DNA of 63,728 nt, counting the filler, from Octopus bimaculoides (taxonomy: Eukaryota): assembly GCF_001194135.2 (NCBI RefSeq). It is 3 parts of 3 records of this genome, joined end to end, with 100 filler letters (N's around TTAATTAATTAA, not from the genome) between each part and the next. Parts side by side here need not be neighbours in the genome. Positions count along the whole stretch, not along the records: positions 30,359 to 58,351 come from NC_068982.1; positions 58,452 to 63,728 come from NC_069008.1; 1 more part is not named here. One strand, written 5' to 3'. Positions within the stretch are counted from its first letter, which is position 1. Each line of letters opens with the position of its first letter. The position numbers and the translations under genes were made by a program. The notes beneath the pieces were generated by a model. It searched no databases and was not told the origin of the DNA. It saw only the letters and a program-made list of their open reading frames with translations. Of this stretch, positions 53,038 to 63,728 are shown piece by piece.

Positions 53038-53045
53038 TATCATTG
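51740..53045 (+). repeat. Compound trinucleotide field of (CAT)n, (CAC)n, (CGT)n and (CAG)n with a pyrimidine tract
   Basis: Directly readable. Generates the poly-H/D/S/M pseudo-ORFs in the track. Confidence 0.95.
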
Positions 53046-53504
53046 TTATGGGTATGCAATATCGATTTTATTTGCTTTTTCTTCATGTTAACTGTGAAAC
53101 TTCAACAGAAACCTTAAACAGAAAGACCCTTTCTAAGAATATCGACGTTTCCAAGGAGGGTCGAGTTTTTGAGCACTCGTATAATCTGTTTTGATATCCG
53201 GCTGTTCGAGTTGATATGATAGTTTTTTAAGGAATTGAACCCAATGATCCGATGATAACTAATGGAACTACTTTCACTTTTATTGCGAGATGTCTTGGTT
53301 TTTTTTCTCCAGCTTTATTTTTAAATCAGAATATTTCAACATGCTTTCTACTTGGTTTATCTTATCAGCATTCTTTGTTGCCACCTAAAATGATACCTGT
53401 TTGTCTGAATGTGAAAATCTCATATAAAAATTTATTATCATTATTATTATTATTATTGTTGTTGGTGTTGTTGTTGTTGTTATTATTATCATTATTATTA
53501 TTAT

Positions 53505-54845
53505 TTTATGTTTGTCTTTTGATTTGCATTTGTACAAGTTGGCTCCAAGACTCACCCACAGACCTCAAGAGACAACAAGTCAGAAGTTCATGCTGGTGTT
53601 ATGCCTAGGGTGCCATATATTTGGTTTTGTACATAGTATTGTTCTAGAGAATGTTTAAGAAATCATAAGAAAATTATGTTTATTTTAAAATTTGAGATTA
53701 CATAGACAGTATTTTATGTAGGATATGGGCAGTTCCCATGAGCACTATCTTTTGAATTTCTGCCATTTTGGGGTTTCCTGATATCTGAGCTAGGTAACAA
53801 TCAGCCCCTTTTGCTGTCATTCCTATGGCACCTATGACAACAGGTATTGTTTTAGTCTTCAGGTTCCACATTTTACTAATTTCTATTTCAAGATCGTTAT
53901 ACTTGCTCAGTTTTTGGTAGGTTTTGACAGATATGTTTATATCGATTGGGACAGTCATATCAATGAGGAGGCATGATTTTTGCCTGAAGTTTTTCAATAT
54001 AATGTCTGGCCTATTTGCATCTATCTTTCTGTCAGCTTGAATGGTGAAGTTCCAGAGGAGTGGGATGTGATCATTTTCAAGCACTGGAGGTGGTTTGTGT
54101 TCCCACCAGTTTTCATCATGGGGCAGGTCCAGGTTTTTTCAAATTATCCAATGAATATATTGTGCAGCTCTATCATGCCTGTTGAGATACTCTGTAGGCG
54201 CAAGAAGACTGCACATGGAGACAACATGATCAATGGTTTCACTTTGTTGTTGACATATACATGTTGGGAAGTTACCGTTCTTTAATATGTTGGCCTGGTA
54301 GTTTCTTGTAGGTAAGTATTGATCTTGGGCTACTATAATAAACCCTTCTGTTTTTGATTTTAAGCCAGAAGCCATTAGCCATTGATGAGTAAGGGCTTTG
54401 TCAACATCGGCACTATTAGCTCTCTGTGGGTATTTGCCATTGAGAGGTTTTTCTTGTCATTTATCAGTAAGAATATCTAAGGCAGCAGTTTTAGCACAGG
54501 TTTTCAAACGCTTAGCTTTTTCTGTGCTTGTTTCTAGTTCGTCTAATTCTGGAATTTGTTGTATTTGGAATTCACTTAGATATTCCTTTGCCTGTTTTGT
54601 TACTGAGTATGATGCTTTCTTAGCTTCATGTTTTGAGACAAGTTTTAACATCCAGTCTTCAGAGTTTTTCAGGTAAGTGTCTAGGCCAATTGTGGCAATC
54701 TTCATTGTTAATTCCAGTTGTAAAAGTCCACGGCCTCCCTCTTTTCTTAGCAGATAAAGTAGTTCTATATCTGCCTTTGGGTGGTGCATTCTATGCATTG
54801 TCAACAATTTTCGTATTTTTCTGTCAAGATTACATATTTCAGTAA
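53505..54845 (-). mobile_element. 5'-truncated R4/Dong-clade non-LTR retrotransposon (restriction-like endonuclease), subfamily 1
   Basis: Three consecutive minus-strand ORF pieces. 54457-54807 has LYLLRKEGGRGLLQLE. 54139-54375 has KTEGFIIVAQDQ and a CCHC-like CICQQQSETIDHVVSMC...RHD. 53698-54084 has the RLE core LWNFTIQADRKIDANRPDIILK...LLIDMTVP...K..KY.DL. A ~190-nt 3' UTR ends on a (TAA)n-type tract. Confidence 0.93.
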
Positions 54846-54850
54846 TTGGT

Positions 54851-55110
54851 AAATAGGTATGATTTTCGGTAGTATGTAGTGACCTTAAATAATTAATAAT
54901 GACCTTAGATCATGAATAATGACCTTGAGTAGTGGGTAGTTATCTCAGATAGTTGATATTCCTCTTTGGTAGTGATTAGTAACATTTGATAGTGGGTAAT
55001 GATTTGAGGTAGTAAGTATTGATCTTGGGTAATGTGTAGAGACCACGAATAGTAGATAGTGGCCTTAAGTAGTCGGCTGTGACCTTAATTAGTAGATAGT
55101 GAGCATTCTT
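54851..55110 (+). repeat. Degenerate 20-bp minisatellite, about 13 units
   Basis: Units in exact 20-nt register, e.g. agtatgtagtgaccttaaat, catgaataatgaccttgagt, agtagatagtggccttaagt, agtcggctgtgaccttaatt. Approximate consensus AGTRGATAGTGACCTTRRGT. Confidence 0.85.
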
Positions 55111-56193
55111 CTTGAATAATAGGTAGTGAATTTATGTTGTGGATTGTGACCTCAGTCCTTACAAAAGAATACGACGATCCTACCTTACACTGTTTCAGAC
55201 ACAGCTGGTCCCTGCTCATAGTACCTGGAATGAACCCCTATCCAGGGTGACGGATTCTCTTCGCTTCGATTTCGAAATACTGGGTTAGTATCAGATACAG
55301 CCACTACCAGGCTATGTTGAGAAGTGGGGGATGGAATGTAAAACTGACGACCTTGTCTTCAGGACTTAAATCTCTTCAGTCTGTAAATATGCTCCAGATG
55401 TCTCAATAGTTCAGCTCAAAGGTTATCAACGACGAACATTTCATTTAACCTATAGTTATAGGCTGAAATCTTCCCAGGAATATAAAACATGGAAGGGAAT
55501 TTATTCTACCACACTGTCTTAGGTTCCTGACATCAAAAGCAAGAATCAGATACAGTAACAAAACAACCAAAAACTAAGAAGGTGAAAAAAATGATATATG
55601 ATAATGATTTTTTGATTGGCTACAAAACATTAGATTTGTCGGAGAAAAATAAATCAATCCGATGTAGAGATGAAAGGGGAAAAAATCAAACCCAATGAGA
55701 TTTCAACCGAGACCACAGTAGGGCTGTAACCTTTTTTTCTTCTTTTCTTTAGATATATATTTCGGTTGAAGTATTAACGTTTCAGTCAATTCCGGTTTGG
55801 ATGTGAATAATAAAACTGTAGAGCATAACAGCAATTTCAAGGAGTATGTCGATTACATCGATCCCAGTGCTGAAATGGTACTTATTTTATCGACCTCGAA
55901 AGGATGAAAGGCAAAGTCGACTTCGGCAGAATTTGAACTCAGGACGTAAAGACGGACGAAATGCGGCTTGACCACAATAAATATTAAAAACAGTATCGTG
56001 TTATAAACTAACCTTTTCTAGAAACACTTTCCGTTACCTTTTCTATGTTACAACTTACCTTACCTCAATAAGTAGAGTAGCGGGCGATATGTACATCTTA
56101 CAAGACCACATTCAGCGATACATACTAATTATTAAACTTACTATTAAGTCCACCTTCCTAAGGAAACATAACTTTTATTATCCGAAGTTTCTA

Positions 56194-56274
56194 AAAGTGA
56201 ATACGCACAGAGGACTATATAAATATAATAGATTGCCATTTGGTCTGAAGGTTGCACCTGCAATATTTCAACAG
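56194..56274 (+). mobile_element. Ty3/Gypsy LTR-retrotransposon RT micro-fragment
   Basis: KVNTHRGLYKYNRLPFGLKVAPAIFQQ is the Gypsy RT T..G.Y.Y.RLPFG...AP.IFQ motif. Only about 27 codons, followed directly by a SINE piece. Confidence 0.75.
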
Positions 56275-56357
56275 CTCTGTCTTTATGTTCTGAGTTCAAA
56301 TTCCGCCAAGGTCGACTTTGTCTTTCATCCTTTCAGGGTTGATAAATTAAGTACCAG

Positions 56358-56437
<80 letters not shown>

Positions 56438-57111
56438 TAATTTTTGCAAGGAAAAATTTGACAGTGACTTGGAAGTTTCGGCATGCTCACCTCTATTGGT
56501 CTATCTGCTGGAGGCAACCAAACCGAAACTTGGGACTCAGAGTTGATGTTTTACTTGTAGAAACGAAAAATTATTGAGTAGTACTTTGGCCTATTGTTAA
56601 ATTGTTTTAGTTATAATTTGACTCAAAAACAAACATTAATATTAGCCAGTGGAACAGTGGATAAAATTTTTTTTCAAAACCACCTTGGGAGAGAAAAGTC
56701 GAAGATTGTGCGTGACACTTAAACTCCACTCCTTAATTTCTGTGAACATGAGAGACATACTACCATTATACCAAAGCAACCCTTCGAATTTTCTCTATCC
56801 TTTTTAGAAGTTTACTTCTTACCAGCGAGTATAGTATGTTGTTTACAACATACGAATTTAGATCTCTCTGTATGTATGTATGTATGTATGTATGTATGTC
56901 TGTATGTATGTATGTATGTATGCATGCATGTATGTATGTATGCATGCATGCATGTATGTATGTATGTATGTATGTATGCATGCATGCATGTATGTATCTA
57001 TCTACATATATATATATGTGTATATGCATTTATTTATATAAATATATAAATATATATATACATACATATATGTGTATGTGTGTGTGTGTGTGTAATATAT
57101 TTAGATCATTA

Positions 57112-57157
<46 letters not shown>

Positions 57158-57571
57158 NNNNNNNNNNNNNNNNNNNNNNNNNNNNNNNNNNNNNNNNNNN
57201 NNNNNNNNNNNNNNNNNNNNNNNNNNNNNNNNNNNNNNNNNNNNNNNNNNNNNNNNNNNNNNNNNNNNNNNNNNNNNNNNNNNNNNNNNNNNNNNNNNNN
57301 NNNNNNNNNNNNNNNNNNNNNNNNNNNNNNNNNNNNNNNNNNNNNNNNNNNNNNNNNNNNNNNNNNNNNNNNNNGCAATACGCACGCCTTGCATTGTATT
57401 TTGGAGACAACTGGAATTTCAACGAACCTCATGTTTTCCTGTGTTGCCATTTCTTTGATCACAAAAATCAGAGAAAAGTTTCCACTTAAGAACCTAGACT
57501 GGATTGAAAAAGAGTTTTATATCAAAGTACCGAGGGTTTCTTGTATTGACTAATATATTGACACGCATACT

Positions 57572-57623
<52 letters not shown>

Positions 57624-58220
57624 AATATATGTACATATAAATATATGTGTGTGTATGTATACGTGTATAGATGCATATATATTTGTGATATATACATACA
57701 CACGCACATAGGCACACACACAAATACACACACATATGCACGTACACGTGTGTGTGTGTGTGTATGTGTGTGTGTGTGCATATGTGTGTGCATGTCTGTA
57801 TGCGTGTGTGTTTTAAACTGCTTTAAAAGGGCTTCTCGATCGGTTAAAGACTTACTGTTAGGCTGATAATATAGCTGTTGGCCGCAAGACCTGTCTTACA
57901 GTGTTCTTTAATCAATAGATATTCTATTATCTCATGCTTGTGTGGCAAATTGAGTTTACTTGCTTGATTTTCGGAATTCAAAGATACCAGTCAATTGGTA
58001 ATTAGCTTCATTGAAAGACAGCTAAAAGATGGCTGCCTTTCTGAATGGTAAATAGCGAGCGAAGTGAAGAAACAATATGATATGAAGATATATGAGGAGA
58101 ATAGGCTGGACGGCTGAAAGGGAAATAACTGAAATTCAAGTCAACAGTTTGCGTTTACAAGCATGTGTATATGTGTGTGTATGTACAGACATGCACCTAT
58201 GTGTATGAAGACGTATGTTC

Positions 58221-58253
<33 letters not shown>

Positions 58254-58280
58254 ATCATAAATATATAGGGATTGACAGTA

Positions 58281-58351
58281 ACCTGCTTCTCCAACATACT
58301 GAGAATTCAGAAATAGCAGTCAAAGAACTACTGTATGTTGGAGAAGCAGGT
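58281..58351. repeat. 19-bp perfect inverted repeat with 33-nt spacer
   Basis: acctgcttctccaacatac (58281-58299) / gtatgttggagaagcaggt (58333-58351). The right arm ends at a gap. Confidence 0.9.
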
Positions 58352-58534
58352 NNNNNNNNNNNNNNNNNNNNNNNNNNNNNNNNNNNNNNNNNNNNTTAAT
58401 TAATTAANNNNNNNNNNNNNNNNNNNNNNNNNNNNNNNNNNNNNNNNNNNNACAATAAATGAGTATAATATAAAGTAAAGTAAATATCATAAGATAAATA
58501 TAATATTATTATATATATATATATATATATATAG

Positions 58535-58605
58535 GGAGAATTCACAAAAAACAACAGACAAAGACAGGTGGTGTAGAAAACAAATAAATGTATTAGTATA
58601 ATGCT
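58535..58605 (-). mobile_element. Short Penelope-like terminal fragment
   Basis: agggagaattcacaaaaaac...gacaggtggtgtagaaaacaa is the reverse complement of about 51510-51580. Confidence 0.6.
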
Positions 58606-58646
58606 TTGTTCAGATGTATAAATATATACACATAATATATGTATAT

Positions 58647-58680
<34 letters not shown>

Positions 58681-59209
58681 TGCTTGTTTATATATGAGAT
58701 AATAGGTTCATTTTAATAGTTTCAGTATTAAAATGAAACTGTTAAAGTGAAAATATCTGACATTACAATAGAAAGATGTTATTGTTTCACTTTTAACACG
58801 TAATACTGAAATAGTGGAGGAGATATAATATTGCTCTGGGCTCGTACTGGGCAAGAAGTGAAAGTTGTTTTGGCCTATAACACTACATGGACGTAAGTAA
58901 GGCATAAGTAAAATTTGAAAGAAATTGGTTGTGTAGTTCTCAAGTTTTAGGGATTAACACAGACACACAGACACACAGACACACAGATAGACAGACAGAC
59001 AGACACACAGACACGTACACATTCTCATCATTATATATATACATATATAGATATATAGATAAATGCTCATAACACACTTTTTACTTGTTATATTTTCATA
59101 TTTTAAATACTTGCATTAGCAAGCTACTACTTTTATATGAAGAATATTTATCAGAAATCTAACTTTTTGGATCCCCACAAAAGTTCAAAATATTCTACTT
59201 GAACTAAAC

Positions 59210-59325
<116 letters not shown>

Positions 59326-62300
59326 TATATATAATATGAAATGGTACATAGAGAGAGACTAGGCGTATGCTTCATGAAATTTGGTTACATGACCTGCACA
59401 ACTTTCTGCGAGTCAGCATATTTAAGAAATTATAGAACCCATGAAAACAATTATAAAGAATTAATTGAAAAATCTGTCCATTAACCCATGAAGCTATTAT
59501 GTACAGCGAGCAGGTACAAGATACTGACAACACAACCAGGATGCTTCATGCAAAGGAGACGGCATGTCGTTTGCTTCGGATTTTTTCAAACGGGAAATGT
59601 TGGAATATTAAATAAAATGTGAAAATTTCTTCTTCTGAAGTTGCATTTTCGACAATCTGATTATAATTTTTTTTCTCTTACGCTAACCAAACTATGAAGA
59701 CTAATTAATCAAAGAGGTATTTCTGGCCGTCAGCTGGTCAGTTAAATTCAGTATACATGCCAATTTATTTAGTTGGGGTTTAGTGTTATCAGGTTGTTTG
59801 AAAAGTTGCATAAAAATGTCAAAATTCCTGGAAGAACCGCGAGAAATGGTCAAAGTGGAAAAGATAATTCGGCAATTTGGAGATTGTGTCATATATATTT
59901 CGTGTGTAAATTCTGGGACTAAATGAAGTCAGCAAAGGCGGTCATTTCTGGATCTATTTCAACGTATTTCTTACTATATAATGGATATGCATATATCGGT
60001 GTTGGTGTCTAATTATAAATATGTGTTGGTGTGCAGTATGTATTTACACTTATACACACACATATGTGAGCATACAAATATACGAAGTACATATAAGCTT
60101 TTTCTTTCAATCTTATATTGTACTAAAAACTTAAGCAGTCGCTTGGTTTAACACCACCACCTGGTACCTTTTATTTGTTCTTTGTCCTTGTTTGCTTACA
60201 TATTAAACGTTATGTTTTGTAATTGTTATGTAATGTACTTGTTATGTAATTGTTATGTAAATCAAATTATAAAAACCAATTGCTTCGGTTTCAACACATT
60301 CTCTTAGATCAAGTTACTTGCCAATCAACTCCAAATAACTTAAAATTAAGTCTACATATGCATACATACGACATATACAAAGGGAAGTAGAAATTACGTA
60401 CATGCCTCTATTATTTGCTCTTCATTTTTTTTTTCTCTGTAATATATTCTGTGTATTCATTCATGAATACTTTATTTCAAACTAAAATACTGTATTTTTC
60501 GTTCAATTACTAATAAATTAGTCGTTGGAATAATACTGTTTGTTAACAAAAGAAAAGGCTATGTACAAAAAAGAAATGTGTGTTCTTCATTCTAAATCAA
60601 CAAATCTCAATTTCTTCTTAAAAGATACTCTAAACACTTGCCGTTAAAAATAAAACTATGGAAACTATGTCTTATCTTCACACAATCTATTTGACATTAT
60701 GAAATAGCCACAGAATTTTTAACTAAACAATTGCTAAGCTACACAATTAAACTAATGAAATAATATAGAATCAGAAATAATACAATAATCACAAATTACG
60801 ATATGAAATAATCAGTTACCGATCTTCGACTATCAATCAATACTGTAACGATTTTGTCACTACCGTCTTTAAATAAATATTATCAAATCTTTAAAAAAAA
60901 TAAATGAAAAGTATTTTACCTCTGTGATAACTGGTCCAAATATCACATCTGTTGTACGTTCTGTTCTAATACTGATTAACCGTTTATGTGCCAGTCTTGT
61001 ATTAGACTTTTATCTAAATCTGCTGCGTATATCCGATAACCATATTGAATGAAGCAGCCAATTTTAATTACTCTCTAAAGGATAATACAACAGTGGCATT
61101 TTTACACACACACACACACACACATGTATATATATATTGTAATGATATGATGATATTATACAGAATGATATACTGGGCGTATGCTTCATGTAAATCCATC
61201 ATTTAGATAGAGTTACAAACATTCCCAACTACCATGAAATCAGATTATCTGACCTACATTACATTCTGGCAGCCTGGAGTGGCAAAAATGAAATGTAAAC
61301 ATCAGATCTAAAAGAATTATAGAAATTATAGAACCCATGAAAGCAAATATAAAGAATCGATTGAAAAACCTATGTCCATCTACCCATGAATGTATTATTC
61401 TGTCAAGCAAATAATTTCGACTGCTTCTGTTTCAACAATCTGATTGTCATCCAATATATACACTAATACTAGCTTACCAATTCAGTAAATGAACATTCAT
61501 TACCATACGGTTAATTTCCTCCTTTGTGGAATGAACTTATCTCTTCCGGACTGTCGTGTCTGGTTATGTCTTTCTAAAATAACGATAAATATATGATGTA
61601 GAACTGATTTCCACATATTTTTTTCCTCAACTGTAGCTTGGTATCTTATTGTTAAACTGCTGTCTTTAAAATTCCTCGCAGCTGTACTTATTTTAGACAT
61701 TATCCAATTTCGTACTATTTTTCGTAAGAGAGTTGGTAAATGTTCACCACATGAATGAGAAGCAAAGGAACAGGCCTTGATTCTTACCAATGATTTCTAA
61801 TACTCCCTAGACTAGGTGACTCACGTCACGGAAATAATGAGCGATATAAGACTTTCTATATTTAAGTTTATTTGCTTTACGATTAATGTATTTTTCTATT
61901 GACGTCTGAGTTGAGCAATATGATTGATAATGCATATTAATCTATTTTATATTTTGCATATTAGCCAATATTTATGTAGTATGACTGAGGTCATTTTGTT
62001 TCTTTATAGAACGTCAACGCACCAGAAATGTTGATATAGCCCACCCACTAGGTAACGGTAGGGTTACCTGAATTAGATATAAATCACATCAGTTGTCTCT
62101 CTACTTGTCGTGAGTCTTAGCTGTCTGATAACTTGTCACGACTAAGGACAGAATACGTAGCCAAGACAAAATAAATGTTATTAAGCATTTTCCTGGTTGC
62201 TTTTAGGTTGTTGCGCATTCATCAGACATGATCTAATATAGTCAATTGTGTAAATGCATTGTAAATGCTGAATTTTGAAATTTAAGCGGGGAATGCATAT

Positions 62301-62454
62301 TGCGTGCATCACGGTGCACGCACATGTATATACTTGTACATACATACACACGAATACACACTCTCCCACACATACACACATTCATACACACGTGTATTTC
62401 GTTTGAGATATTTCTTACTTTTTCCCCAAAAACTTATTGGGCCGAGAAAGTAGG

Positions 62455-62542
62455 GAAAGAAGAAGAAGGAGGAGGAGGAGGAGGAGAAGAAGAAGAAGAA
62501 GAAGAAGAAGAAGAAGAAGAAGAAGAAGAAGAAGAAGAAGAA

Positions 62543-62575
<33 letters not shown>
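62455..62575 (+). repeat. Compound (GAA)n/(GGA)n/(GAAA)n purine microsatellite
   Basis: Directly readable. Confidence 0.95.
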
Positions 62576-62579
<4 letters not shown>

Positions 62580-63404
62580 AGATCTTCCAACATTATGATG
62601 GTTATTGTGTCCTTTGTCTATCGGGAGGTACAATGCAAGATATTTCTAACTCATTCATCATGAAATGTTTATAAAACTAACCTAACCGAAGACGTTTTGC
62701 TATCTGAAGGAAGCGATGATTACGTGTTTATATCAAAAGACGTCGACTGAATTTAGTAATATAGTTGAAGATACGGGCAATAATGTTGTAGTAGGGGATA
62801 TGCGAGTATTTTTAAAGAAAATTTAAAACCACCCCAATTTTTTCTGATTTCGCTGTAAAGGTTTTAAGTCGGTACTAAGAGATGTGTGGTGTTCATTGAA
62901 TGAAATAGCTTTGTATCTGACTACTAGACTGGCGCTGCAACATGCAGTGATACCAAATCTGGAAACGACACCAGAAATTGAGTATTTGCGTTCGTTTATG
63001 TCACTGACGGTCTTGTTAATGTTTTTTCTTATTCTTCAACCTTGATTTTAAGAATATTCAGCAGCTATTTCCAGCCGTTTGATCGACCACGTACAAAATC
63101 TCTTCTGGTCGCTGGCCAATGCTTCATAATTGAATAAAGATACAATCAGAGACATTACAGTCGTGGTCATCCGGTTGCTTTAGTTGTGTTACATCGTGTA
63201 TTGTTTTCTTTCCTTACTTTAAGATAATCGGTGAGTCATGATGGCTACTATTACTAACAAGCCGAGCGACCACGTACCGTTAGCTCAGACTTAAATTGGT
63301 AAAGCTGTGAGGAACTGAAAACGAAACCGTTCAATTGATTTGTATTTTTCAGATCTGTAAGCCATATCTACCCGCAGCCATTATTGTAATGTACCATATG
63401 ATCT

Positions 63405-63720
63405 TTTTTCTTTTATTTTTTATTGCTTCAATCATTTTTTACTGCAGCCATGCTGGGGCACCGCCTTGAAGGGTTTTTAGTCGAGCAAATCGTCCCCAGG
63501 ACTTATTTTGTTAAAGCCTGGTACTTATTCTATCGGTCTCTTTTGCCGAATCAACAAGTTTTACGGGTACGTGAACACACCAACACCGGTTATCAAGCAG
63601 TGGTGCGGGAAAACACAGACACAAAGAAATGAACACATACACACACACAGCAACATTTTAACATAGGATTCCACTCAGTTTCCATCTATCTAATACCACT
63701 CACAAAACATACGTAAACTT
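63405..63720 (-). mobile_element. SINE family B copy, truncated at window end
   Basis: gcagccatgctggggcaccgcc...tacttattctatcggtctcttttgccgaa...ggattccactcagtttccatcta matches 16779-17100. Confidence 0.85.
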
Positions 63721-63728
63721 GGAGCTCT

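Noticed and set aside
51720-53194. Poly-His/Asp/Ser/Met/Ile ORFs
   Set aside because: Translations of trinucleotide microsatellites, open in several frames on both strands with no non-repetitive domain.
61817-61828. Overlapping AP-1 (TGACTCA) and CRE-like (CACGTCA) motifs
   Set aside because: Short motifs expected by chance in 60 kb, with no supporting gene context.

Overview
AT-rich, gap-riddled eukaryotic (animal) genomic DNA. The SINE families, microsatellite density and transposon set look like a cephalopod, most likely an Octopus draft scaffold; this is inferred from recognising the repeats, not from a database search. No intact protein-coding gene, RNA gene, CRISPR array or prokaryotic system is visible. 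Most long ORFs in the supplied track are artefacts of microsatellites or N gaps. The window is dominated by dead or decaying mobile elements: a full-length 1.6-kb IR/DR-type Tc1 element with ~200-bp TIRs and TA target duplication (13660-15260), mariner and maT-like remnants, at least four R4/Dong-type restriction-endonuclease LINE copies all attached to (TAA)n tracts, RTE, CR1-like, L1/Tx1-like, Penelope and Gypsy fragments, and three tRNA-derived SINE families. The most interesting signals are: (TAA)n-targeted nested R4/Dong insertions; Penelope termini with a non-canonical hammerhead-like motif in two copies; a ~97% identical 134-bp-arm palindrome; an indel-free but highly diverged 20-bp minisatellite; and a few weakly supported + strand exon candidates, one of them locally duplicated, that may belong to an unidentified long-intron host gene. 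I found no convincing evidence for a wholly new biological system.
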